DNA of 52,666 nucleotides from a virus. Lineage: Duplodnaviria > Caudoviricetes. The position numbers and the translations under genes were made by a program. The stretch covers positions 1-52,666 of IMG/VR virus record IMGVR_UViG_3300027821_000001; one strand, written 5' to 3'. A model generated the notes under the pieces. That model searched no databases, was not told the origin of the DNA, and was given only the letters and a program-made list of their open reading frames with translations. Below, one piece after another: positions 1 through 6,456 of the stretch; the stretch's first letter is position 1; the number at the start of each line of letters is the position of its first letter.

Positions 1-99
1 TCAATTGAGATGCTCGATTGGGCCGACATCATCAATGTTGATTTGATTGTGCGCCCCTATGAGTGGACTGTTAATCAGAAGAGCGGAGTCAAAGCATAT
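1..99. repeat. Terminal overlap, exact copy of 52568-52666 (circular contig)
   Basis: First 99 nt are identical to the last 99 nt; the SSB ORF reads through the junction. Confidence 0.97.
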
Positions 100-171
100 C
101 TGCAGAGCATTTACGTCACGATTGAGGAAGATGCTTTGGAGATGAAGTACAATGAGCTAAATCAAGCATGA
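1..171 (+). CDS. C-terminal part of putative ssDNA-binding protein (starts at 52271)
   Basis: Frame 1 reads SIEMLDWADIINVDLIVRPYEW...GVKAYLQSIYVTIEED...QA*, continuing the ORF at the window end. Confidence 0.75.
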   Translation, partial: SIEMLDWADIINVDLIVRPYEWTVNQKSGVKAYLQSIYVTIEEDALEMKYNELNQA

Positions 172-257
172 CGGAAATTATCGTCACGGCTGTGATAGTT
201 CTGATCAGTGTTCTTATTGGATATGCCCTTGGCATAACACGCAATCGAAACGAATAG
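168..257 (+). CDS. Small membrane protein (29 aa)
   Basis: ATGA overlap with SSB stop; MTEIIVTAVIVLISVLIGYALGITRNRNE has one TM helix; not in ORF track. Confidence 0.6.
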   Translation: MTEIIVTAVIVLISVLIGYALGITRNRNE

Positions 258-264
258 GACTATC

Positions 265-582
265 TTGGAAAATACTAGCCTTACCACCAAGTATGTGCGA
301 AAGCCACTATTCGTGGATGCTGTTCAGGTTACTGAGCAAAACTTTGCTGATATTGCCCGCTGGTGCTTTGGTGAAATTGGTAACATCGATGAGTCGCCAG
401 TCGATAAGTCAGCTGATATTCAGCCAACGAAACAGTATATCCATGTACGAGTTCACAATCCCAAGAACCCGAGGCAAACTAAGGCGTTTGTGGGAGATTG
501 GATTCTCTACACCGAACGAGGCTACAAGGTCTACACAACTAAGGCCTTTCAAGCTAATTTCGATCTAGTAGAGCAGAACTGA
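265..582 (+). CDS. Hypothetical phage protein (GDWI-motif family)
   Basis: Y.RKP..V.A.Q start and A..GDWI...G Y....F end, a pattern common in small phage proteins; AGGA RBS. Confidence 0.75.
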   Translation: MENTSLTTKYVRKPLFVDAVQVTEQNFADIARWCFGEIGNIDESPVDKSADIQPTKQYIHVRVHNPKNPRQTKAFVGDWILYTERGYKVYTTKAFQANFDLVEQN

Positions 583-618
583 TCAGAAGATTATTCTCGG
601 AATAAGGGAGGCTGCACA

Positions 619-801
619 ATGATCACCGAGAAGGTCTCTTTTGTGAAGGCTTGTCAGGATTTCTTCATGAGGGAGCCGTTCGGCAGGAAGATCGAGATCC
701 CCGAGTTCAAGGCGCTGACCACGGAGGATAAGACCGAGCTGCGTGAGATGCTGATCGCGGAGGGTTACGATGTTCGTGAGTTCGGCGAGGTGGCTGCTTA
801 A
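619..801 (+). CDS. Hypothetical protein
   Basis: GGAGG RBS; strongly G/C-ending codons. Confidence 0.75.
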   Translation: MITEKVSFVKACQDFFMREPFGRKIEIPEFKALTTEDKTELREMLIAEGYDVREFGEVAA

Positions 802-809
802 GCCAAGTC

Positions 810-923
810 AGGTCCTGAGTGTGAACTCATGTTCTGCGACCCTGTTGCCGCCCTCTCCCCCGCAGGGTAGTGCCTGTTTCTTCGGTAGGGGAGTACGAAG
901 AAGATACAGACAGCTTAGGATCT
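810..923 (+). ncRNA. Structured RNA with kissing loops, upstream of rpf
   Basis: Closing stem 810-819/914-923 with G-U pairs; hairpins 823-834, 839-868 and 874-909; loops CUCCCC (855-860) and GGGGAG (888-893) are complementary. Confidence 0.7.
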
Positions 924-939
924 TCCGTTAGGAGGATTT

Positions 940-1260
940 TTGACAGTAGTACTGACAGCGTTGTCTCTTATACTAATCTCGCCACAACATTATGATCATC
1001 GCTGGAGAACAGTTCGACCGTACAACGCCAAGTTAGAACGTATGGCCTATTGCGAATGGGGTTATAGTAAACCTCATTGGTTTGGTAATACGAGAAATGG
1101 ATTTTACGGTGGATTGCAGTTTACACTGTCAACATGGAAGTCGGTAGGTGGACGTAGTTATCCGCATCGAAATAGTGAGTTAGAACAAAAGTATCGAGCA
1201 GTAATACTTATTAAGAAAAATCATGGATATGGCGATTGGCCTATATGTGGGAGTGCCTAA
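940..1260 (+). CDS. rpf: Resuscitation-promoting-factor (Rpf)-like lytic transglycosylase
   Basis: A.CE...NGFYGGLQFT.STW..VGG...EQ...A......G.G.WP.C signature with catalytic Glu; hydrophobic N-terminus; AGGAGG RBS. Confidence 0.88.
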   Translation: MTVVLTALSLILISPQHYDHRWRTVRPYNAKLERMAYCEWGYSKPHWFGNTRNGFYGGLQFTLSTWKSVGGRSYPHRNSELEQKYRAVILIKKNHGYGDWPICGSA

Positions 1261-1509
1261 ATGTCTGAGACTCATGAAGTTGAAACAATATGGAAAGAAG
1301 CTGGCGCAACGCTATATGATGCCTATGCAAAAGCTGCCGCAAATTTTATCGAGCATTGTGATGATCTCTTAGAAATGTTCAAATTTCTCGATGATGATAA
1401 GAGTCCTGACGACAAAGTTATGCATGAGTTGCGAGCGGTAAGAAGTCGGATCAATTCAAAGGTAACCGAATTCCAAAGTCAAGCCGAGAAATTGAGAGCA
1501 TCAGAATGA
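1261..1509 (+). CDS. Hypothetical protein
   Basis: Abuts the rpf stop; helical composition. Confidence 0.65.
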   Translation: MSETHEVETIWKEAGATLYDAYAKAAANFIEHCDDLLEMFKFLDDDKSPDDKVMHELRAVRSRINSKVTEFQSQAEKLRASE

Positions 1510-1694
1510 TCTATATGATTTCAGATGAGTATCCTTTGACTAATTTTCGCGGTCTGCAAGTCGACGTGATCGATTTCAAGGACAGCTTTTGTCATATTGT
1601 GCTAATCGACCCAAAACTGTCAAGTAGCGGCGCTCCGATTACTGATTTCTGGCTCAACGCAGATTTCGTGAAAACCCTAGCGGTGGGAGGATGA
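1506..1694 (+). CDS. Hypothetical protein
   Basis: ATGA coupling to upstream ORF. Confidence 0.6.
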   Translation: MIYMISDEYPLTNFRGLQVDVIDFKDSFCHIVLIDPKLSSSGAPITDFWLNADFVKTLAVGG

Positions 1695-1695
1695 T

Positions 1696-1908
1696 TTGGC
1701 CGAACCCAAACTCGAGATTGAACAACGACTCGATCGAATCGAGTTGGCTATTGGTACGATGGCACAATGGTTGGTCCAGGCTCAAACAGGCTTTGGGGCT
1801 CAGGACGCAGAAGGAATCGAGAGAATTCTCCGGGGGGAACAAGGAGCAAAAGGATCCGGAGCAGAAGATGCCGAGCCAGCAGAACCCGGACCAGAAACCA
1901 GCCCTTGA
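1696..1908 (+). CDS. Hypothetical protein with acidic/Pro tail
   Basis: TTG start 5 nt after GGAGG. Confidence 0.55.
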   Translation: MAEPKLEIEQRLDRIELAIGTMAQWLVQAQTGFGAQDAEGIERILRGEQGAKGSGAEDAEPAEPGPETSP

Positions 1909-2098
1909 ATGGACTTGTCATGTTTGTGGCAAGCTGCGTCCGGACGATAAGATCAGCGTTTACAGTCGAGTAAGTACGCGTTTTGGTGTGGAGTTGACTG
2001 AGAACGTTCGTTACTGCAACGACAATCCGGATTGCGTCGAGAAAGCAAAAACATTCACTTTTCTGACCGAGGCGGATGAAGACAGTGTCAATAGTTAA
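1868..2098 (+). CDS. Cys-rich putative zinc-binding protein, paralog A
   Basis: LEW.C.VC.K.RP.DKI...RYCNDNPDC shared with 2615-2824; start chosen at MPSQ. Confidence 0.65.
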   Translation: MPSQQNPDQKPALEWTCHVCGKLRPDDKISVYSRVSTRFGVELTENVRYCNDNPDCVEKAKTFTFLTEADEDSVNS

Positions 2099-2282
2099 AG
2101 TCATTCTTCCAGCTGGACCTCATGAACGTTGGGGAAAAGGTGGAACCGATGGAATGATTGGGCAAGATTTTACTGCCAAGCACGAGGATACTCCAATCGG
2201 CACGGGTAAGGTTATTGATGCAAAGGTAATTGATGACGGTAGAGCTTTAGAGATAACAGTTGACTGGCCGGAGGAATTATGA
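2076..2282 (+). CDS. Hypothetical protein
   Basis: GAGG RBS; overlaps neighbours in operon style. Confidence 0.6.
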   Translation: MKTVSIVKVILPAGPHERWGKGGTDGMIGQDFTAKHEDTPIGTGKVIDAKVIDDGRALEITVDWPEEL

Positions 2283-2389
2283 CTTGGCAATGGGTAGTAC
2301 TAATTCTAGGAATAGTTCTCTTGGTCGTTATTCTCTTTTCTTTTGTTGCCTGGACAAGCATGAAAAGCTCGCAAAGAGACACATCATGA
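2279..2389 (+). CDS. Small membrane protein (36 aa), MTWQWVVL paralog A
   Basis: MTWQWVVLILGIVLLVVILFSFVAWTSMKSSQRDTS; GGAGG RBS; not in ORF track. Confidence 0.7.
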   Translation: MTWQWVVLILGIVLLVVILFSFVAWTSMKSSQRDTS

Positions 2390-2628
2390 CTTGGCAATGG
2401 GTAGTGTTGATTATCGGCATTGTCGCAATCCTCAGTCTCTTATTGGGCTATGTTACTTGGGCCAATATGCGCTTGAAAATGTTTGAATTAACTCCACACA
2501 CAGTTCCAGATCTATTTAAATCTAAAGCGCGAGTGCCCGGCGACGAAGATACGATTGTTGCAGCCGAAACACTGAAACCGGTCTGGCCAGGAGATTTCAC
2601 AGGAGAAGAAGAAGATGCCGCCCCTTGA
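2386..2628 (+). CDS. Membrane protein, MTWQWVVL paralog B
   Basis: First 20 nt identical to 2279; ATGA coupling; N-terminal TM helix. Confidence 0.7.
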   Translation: MTWQWVVLIIGIVAILSLLLGYVTWANMRLKMFELTPHTVPDLFKSKARVPGDEDTIVAAETLKPVWPGDFTGEEEDAAP

Positions 2629-2824
2629 GTGGGTGTGTGCTGTTTGCGAGAAAGCGCGTCCTGAAGACAAAATTAATATTTATCGGCACATACTTACGCA
2701 CGATATTGTGGATACAACCGAAGAAATTCGTTACTGTAACGATAACCCAGACTGTATTGAGCAAGTAAAAACATCAACTGCTATTGAAAAAGTAGCTTCT
2801 AAAACATCAACTCCTATTTGGTGA
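2615..2824 (+). CDS. Cys-rich putative zinc-binding protein, paralog B
   Basis: C..C and YCNDNPDC motifs shared with 1868-2098. Confidence 0.7.
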   Translation: MPPLEWVCAVCEKARPEDKINIYRHILTHDIVDTTEEIRYCNDNPDCIEQVKTSTAIEKVASKTSTPIW

Positions 2825-2927
2825 AAATATGCTCGTAGATTACTTCTACTCGATGGGAGTAGAATATTTATTGGAACGATGGCGTACTAACTGGGCTAAA
2901 CCCAAACCGAGTGTAAGGGTGACCGAG

Positions 2928-3068
2928 ATGCCAGTTCGTAAAGTAAAGGGTGGCTACCAGTACGGTAGCAGCGGTAAGGTGTATCGAGGTAAGGGCGCCA
3001 AGTCAAGAGCGGGAAAACAGGGACGAGCTATTCAGGCGAGTAAGCGCGCCCGAGGTCAGAAAAACTAG
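2928..3068 (+). CDS. Small basic protein (may start at 2829)
   Basis: MPVRKVKGGYQYGSSGKVY...KQGRAIQAS resembles a recurrent small phage protein. Confidence 0.65.
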   Translation: MPVRKVKGGYQYGSSGKVYRGKGAKSRAGKQGRAIQASKRARGQKN

Positions 3069-3299
3069 ATGGTTAGTGAAGAAAATGTTAATCACCCGTC
3101 GCATTATGGCGGTGATATAACTTACGAACCGATCAAGTTCATCGAATATTGGAATTTTGGATTCCATCTTGGTAATGCAATTAAGTATCTGGTTCGATTT
3201 CAAACTGATAAAAAAGGAACTGATCGGCTCGAAGATCTGAAAAAAGCTGCTTGGTATATTAACCGTAAAATTGAGCAACTTGAACAAGAAGAAGAATAG
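3069..3299 (+). CDS. DUF3310 (SaV / T7 gp1.7-like) family protein
   Basis: VNHPSHY...F.LGNAIKY..R...K....EDLKKA.WY motif. Confidence 0.85.
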   Translation: MVSEENVNHPSHYGGDITYEPIKFIEYWNFGFHLGNAIKYLVRFQTDKKGTDRLEDLKKAAWYINRKIEQLEQEEE

Positions 3300-3350
3300 C
3301 CCCCGCGGGACGTTTTTGATCTTCTGAGAGCGAGACGTTGCCAAGGGGGC
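3299..3350 (+). other. Intergenic interrupted stem-loop
   Basis: GCCCCC/GGGGGC and ACGTTTT/GAGACGT pairings; no U-tract. Confidence 0.5.
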
Positions 3351-3369
3351 ATATGGGAGAGGAAAAATA

Positions 3370-3561
3370 ATGCCTGACAAATTTGTACTCCAGCACGATC
3401 GTTCGGGTACTATTCATCAGTTGAAACCAGGCGGTAAAACGACTTACTGTGGAAATGGCAACAACGGTGAAGCAGGCTATACCCGTAAACGACTTAGTAA
3501 AGCGAATGCTCATCCACAGGCGCATCATTGTAATACTCTAGCGTGTAGAGCAAATCGGTAA
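3370..3561 (+). CDS. His/Cys-containing hypothetical protein
   Basis: GAGG RBS; H..., T.CG and C...AC pattern suggests zinc binding. Confidence 0.65.
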   Translation: MPDKFVLQHDRSGTIHQLKPGGKTTYCGNGNNGEAGYTRKRLSKANAHPQAHHCNTLACRANR

Positions 3562-3563
3562 TA

Positions 3564-3688
3564 AGAACTCCCCAGACGGAAGTCAGGAACCATGGATAAC
3601 CTGGCGAACTGGGGTTCTCCGTAGGGCCAGATACGGAGACGGGTTGGCGACGCACCTGGCCAAAGCCTAGGTTTTGGTGAAGCGTCGC
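3564..3688 (+). ncRNA. Cluster of three intergenic stem-loops
   Basis: Stems 3564-3575/3609-3618, 3617-3623/3632-3638 and 3647-3653/3682-3688. Confidence 0.5.
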
Positions 3689-3709
3689 ATAATTTTCATC
3701 TCCTATAAT
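3685..3709 (+). promoter_or_regulatory. Phage promoter P1 (TCGC-N15-TATAAT)
   Basis: TCGC ATAATTTTCATCTCC TATAAT; motif recurs with fixed spacing. Confidence 0.8.
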
Positions 3710-3729
3710 GAAACCTAATAGGAGAAATT

Positions 3730-3939
3730 ATGTTGAATTCAGAGGCAGAAGCGATGCGAGATGAGCTCGTACGTTATACCGCTGAGCTTGACCAGATTCA
3801 ATCCAGTATCGATGAAGGTCGTCTGCTCTATGCAGATGATCCGATTTGTGTCAAGGAATTGGATCTGACTCAAGCTAATGTGGATCACGTTCGTCGCGAA
3901 ATCCGCATTGCTCGACTCTGTATCAAAGAACTTTCCTAG
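3730..3939 (+). CDS. Hypothetical protein (P1 cassette)
   Basis: AGGAG RBS, between P1 and a terminator. Confidence 0.75.
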   Translation: MLNSEAEAMRDELVRYTAELDQIQSSIDEGRLLYADDPICVKELDLTQANVDHVRREIRIARLCIKELS

Positions 3940-3945
3940 CAAGGC

Positions 3946-3980
3946 AAAAATCAGAGTTCTTCACGGACTTTGATTTTTTT
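3946..3980 (+). terminator. Intrinsic terminator
   Basis: TCAGAGTTC/GGACTTTGA stem followed by T7. Confidence 0.8.
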
Positions 3981-4001
3981 ATTTCGAAAGGAGGGTAGCG
4001 A

Positions 4002-4190
4002 ATGGAGGAGCGTCAAATCTTCTTCAAGAAGCAGACGCTTGGAAAGTGGCGGAGATCCGACGGCGAAAGCAAGAAGCTTGTCAATGAAGAATCGATGTTC
4101 CGAGAGATTCGCAAGCTGATTAATGACGGCTGGAATGTACAGTCTCATGGCGTTACTCTCCTGCGTGCGATCACTTTGACTAAGCGATAA
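4002..4190 (+). CDS. Hypothetical protein
   Basis: AAGGAGG RBS. Confidence 0.7.
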   Translation: MEERQIFFKKQTLGKWRRSDGESKKLVNEESMFREIRKLINDGWNVQSHGVTLLRAITLTKR

Positions 4191-4195
4191 AGACC

Positions 4196-4532
4196 CTCCG
4201 TGGGGCACCCGCGGAGATAGGACAGAGTTCCGCTTCTCTCATGCTGGGATGCTGGGATCACGGCTCTGTCTGGGCTCTAGTAGCGGGAGGTCTGATCAAC
4301 CGAGGCGAGGCTAGAGTGTTAGCGGTACGATACCAAATGGAACCCGCCTAAACGATGCACGGTATTACGCGGCTGACATAAGTTTCAAAAGTTCGGAGGG
4401 GCAGCGGTAGCGCCGTACCTGGGTAGCACCCAGGAGGCCACTTATCTTCTAAGCTATAAGCTTCGGTTTGGAAATAAGTGGTCGGCCCCCCGATCACAGA
4501 CTGAGGGCCTCACTGCGGCGGGGCCTTCAGTC
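4196..4532 (+). ncRNA. ORF-free tract of consecutive stem-loops
   Basis: Stems 4196-4216, 4221-4229/4262-4270, 4274-4280/4311-4317, 4317-4323/4372-4378; multibranch ~4397-4490 with a cUUCGg loop; hairpin 4499-4532. Confidence 0.6.
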
Positions 4533-4546
4533 AAATTTCCAAACTA

Positions 4547-4926
4547 CTAAGTCGGAAACAACGTTGAGGAGACAGTCCAGTGGTGTGGATAAGGAGTAGC
4601 TACCTTATTCGTATCCGCGGGATGTGAGGTGGCTCGAAAAGGACTATACTGGTTGTAGCTTGCGGCCAGTTAGTCGTGAAGGCGGGACTCGGCAAACGCG
4701 TTGTGCAAGCAGCGTTAGTAGCAGCCGAATTAAAGATACCCGAGCAATGGGGAAATCCCTGAGCGGAGGTATTGGGCTAGTTTTACAAACTAGTACAGCG
4801 GTGATCCGGTAGGATAGAGAAGGCTCTGAAGAATTGATTGCTATTATACAATGGCAGTGAGCTCTTCGGTCGGGAGTTGCCACAACACTTCCTCTCACAG
4901 TCTCTTCAACGTTGTTTCTGACTTAG
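4547..4926 (+). ncRNA. Large (~380 nt) structured RNA, family not recognised
   Basis: 27-bp closing helix 4547-4573/4900-4926 whose only deviations are 2 G-U pairs; many nested helices. Confidence 0.78.
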
Positions 4927-4933
4927 ATTGAAT

Positions 4934-4982
4934 CTCCGAGGTACGCCCACTCTGCGCCACAGGTGGGTTGAACCCCTCGGAG
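4934..4982 (+). other. Stem-loop
   Basis: CTCCGAGG/CCTCGGAG enclosing GCCCAC/GTGGGT. Confidence 0.5.
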
Positions 4983-4985
4983 CTA

Positions 4986-5033
4986 GGGCAAGAGGCATTT
5001 GGGCCGCCGCAACGATGTCTCTTGCCCGCTTTT
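4986..5033 (+). terminator. Probable terminator ending the RNA tract
   Basis: GGGCAAGAGGCATT/GATGTCTCTTGCCC stem then GCTTTT (short U-tract). Confidence 0.55.
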
Positions 5034-5042
5034 CCACAGAAT

Positions 5043-5067
5043 TCGCATTAATTACACGTATCATAAT
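5043..5067 (+). promoter_or_regulatory. Phage promoter P2
   Basis: TCGC ATTAATTACACGTAT CATAAT. Confidence 0.75.
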
Positions 5068-5090
5068 AGATACTACTACGAAAGGAAATT

Positions 5091-5213
5091 ATGCGATTTC
5101 TTGGAACCCATGAGGAGGAAGTTGTGCAGGCGTTGGCCATTGTTGGCGCTTACATCGTTATCCGCAACGGCCTCTCGCTGGTTACAAGTCTTCGACGTTC
5201 ACTGTCGAAGTAG
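5091..5213 (+). CDS. Small hydrophobic protein (40 aa; P2 cassette)
   Basis: AAGGA RBS; MRFLGTHEEEVVQALAIVGAYIVIRNGLSLVTSLRRSLSK; not in ORF track. Confidence 0.7.
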   Translation: MRFLGTHEEEVVQALAIVGAYIVIRNGLSLVTSLRRSLSK

Positions 5214-5215
5214 CT

Positions 5216-5256
5216 AAAGAAAGGAGAGTCTTAACAAAGACTTTCCTTTTTTCTTT
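5216..5256 (+). terminator. Intrinsic terminator
   Basis: AAAGGAGAGTC/GACTTTCCTTT stem plus T-tract. Confidence 0.8.
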
Positions 5257-5306
5257 TCGCAGAAGTAACTGGTCCTTTCTTTTTTTCAAAAGTGAAAGGC
5301 TAATAC

Positions 5307-5504
5307 ATGCTTTATAGAACAGTCGAAACAAATGAGCGGGTTAGTGTAGACGCTGAACTAACTACTCGCTTTCGTTGGCGAGCAAATCGACTATGTCGAC
5401 AACTGAATGCCCAACGAGAAGTTGATTTCTATCGATTCGAAGTTCATCCTGTGGGTGACAAATGGGAAGTTGTAGCGATGCAAAACAGAGCCGAGCCAAT
5501 ATGA
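5307..5504 (+). CDS. Hypothetical protein
   Basis: AAGG RBS; coupled to the next ORF. Confidence 0.65.
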   Translation: MLYRTVETNERVSVDAELTTRFRWRANRLCRQLNAQREVDFYRFEVHPVGDKWEVVAMQNRAEPI

Positions 5505-5857
5505 GTGAAATGAAAATGGATGACGATCGTTTTAAAGCCGCCCTCGATCTGATGCGTCGAGCAGGAGCTAAGCAAGTTCAGATTCGTTACTCAGATGATG
5601 AACAACCTGTGGTTTGGTTTGTGGTAGCTTGCTATCTTAATGGTAAAGCCGAAGTAGATGCCAGTCTTGATCCAGTCAGAGCTGCGCTACGCTTGTGCGA
5701 ACGTTTGGTTGATGGAGGAATCTGTGCACATTGTAATCGACCAGCGGGCTTAGAACCAGATCAGATTGAAACTATGCCATTAAACGATTTGATTTGCTGG
5801 TATCTGTATGACCCCGAACTGAAGACCTTTCGACGAGGTTGTGAGGGAGATACTTAG
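5501..5857 (+). CDS. Hypothetical protein with CxxC
   Basis: ATGA-coupled start; GG.C.HC.RP motif. Confidence 0.7.
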   Translation: MSEMKMDDDRFKAALDLMRRAGAKQVQIRYSDDEQPVVWFVVACYLNGKAEVDASLDPVRAALRLCERLVDGGICAHCNRPAGLEPDQIETMPLNDLICWYLYDPELKTFRRGCEGDT

Positions 5858-6121
5858 ATGGCTGACGAACCACTTAATCCAGAAGAATTACGCGCAGAAA
5901 TTCTCAGCCTGCTTGCTCGTGCGGTCCCGTTTGGGGAACGTGATGAAGAGGACGAAGAAACTCCAGATTCAGGAGTGCCAACCGCGGTGCTGGTTGTAGT
6001 TGAATGGCAAGCTTCGGACGGACAGCGATGGATGTCACAGATGGGGATGCTCGGCAATGGTCAAGAAGCTCCCCGCTGGACAAGAGAGATGTTGGCTCGA
6101 GAAGTGAGCCATTGGGACTAA
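5858..6121 (+). CDS. Hypothetical protein
   Basis: GGGAG RBS; abuts the upstream stop. Confidence 0.7.
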   Translation: MADEPLNPEELRAEILSLLARAVPFGERDEEDEETPDSGVPTAVLVVVEWQASDGQRWMSQMGMLGNGQEAPRWTREMLAREVSHWD

Positions 6122-6142
6122 TAGAATTGAGGGAGATAATTA

Positions 6143-6343
6143 ATGGATAAGATCGTATTCGAATACGAACTGCTTCCCGAATCGCAAGTGCGCAATCATA
6201 TTCGTAATTGTGAGGGTCGGCATGTCCAGCAAGTAATCTTCAGCACCTTTATGGACACGTTGACCCAGATCTGCTTCACCTGTCTAAAAGTACGTAGCAG
6301 TATCGAATGGGAAGGCGCCGTATCACGCAAAGTGTTCAATTAA
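6143..6343 (+). CDS. Hypothetical protein
   Basis: GGAG RBS; C..C motif. Confidence 0.65.
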   Translation: MDKIVFEYELLPESQVRNHIRNCEGRHVQQVIFSTFMDTLTQICFTCLKVRSSIEWEGAVSRKVFN

Positions 6344-6456
6344 TGGAGAACCAACAAACACAATGCGCATGCACGAAATGTTCAGAAAGGGTTTCTAAAG
6401 ATGATTGGACATATCCGTATTGTCCGCGGTGTTTTGCTAATCCTAAATGTAAATGA
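6343..6456 (+). CDS. Small Cys-rich protein (37 aa)
   Basis: TAATG and ATGA coupling on both sides; [13 protein letters not shown]...YCPRCF. Confidence 0.55.
   Translation: MENQQTQCACTKCSERVSKDDWTYPYCPRCFANPKCK

Noticed and set aside
1691-1867. N-terminal extension of the 135-aa ORF 1691-2098
   Set aside because: The ATG abuts the GGAGG; the 1696 ORF fits the RBS better, and paralogy with 2615 begins only near LEW
4547-4926. RNase P, tmRNA or group I/II intron identity
   Set aside because: GAGGAGACAGTCC only loosely resembles GAGGAAAGUCC; I found no P4 3' consensus, tRNA-like ends, interrupted gene or domain V
4624-5217. ORFs 4624-4812, 4644-4898 (-), 4928-5113 and 4999-5217
   Set aside because: No convincing RBS, and they overlap strong RNA structures, P2 and a better ORF at 5091
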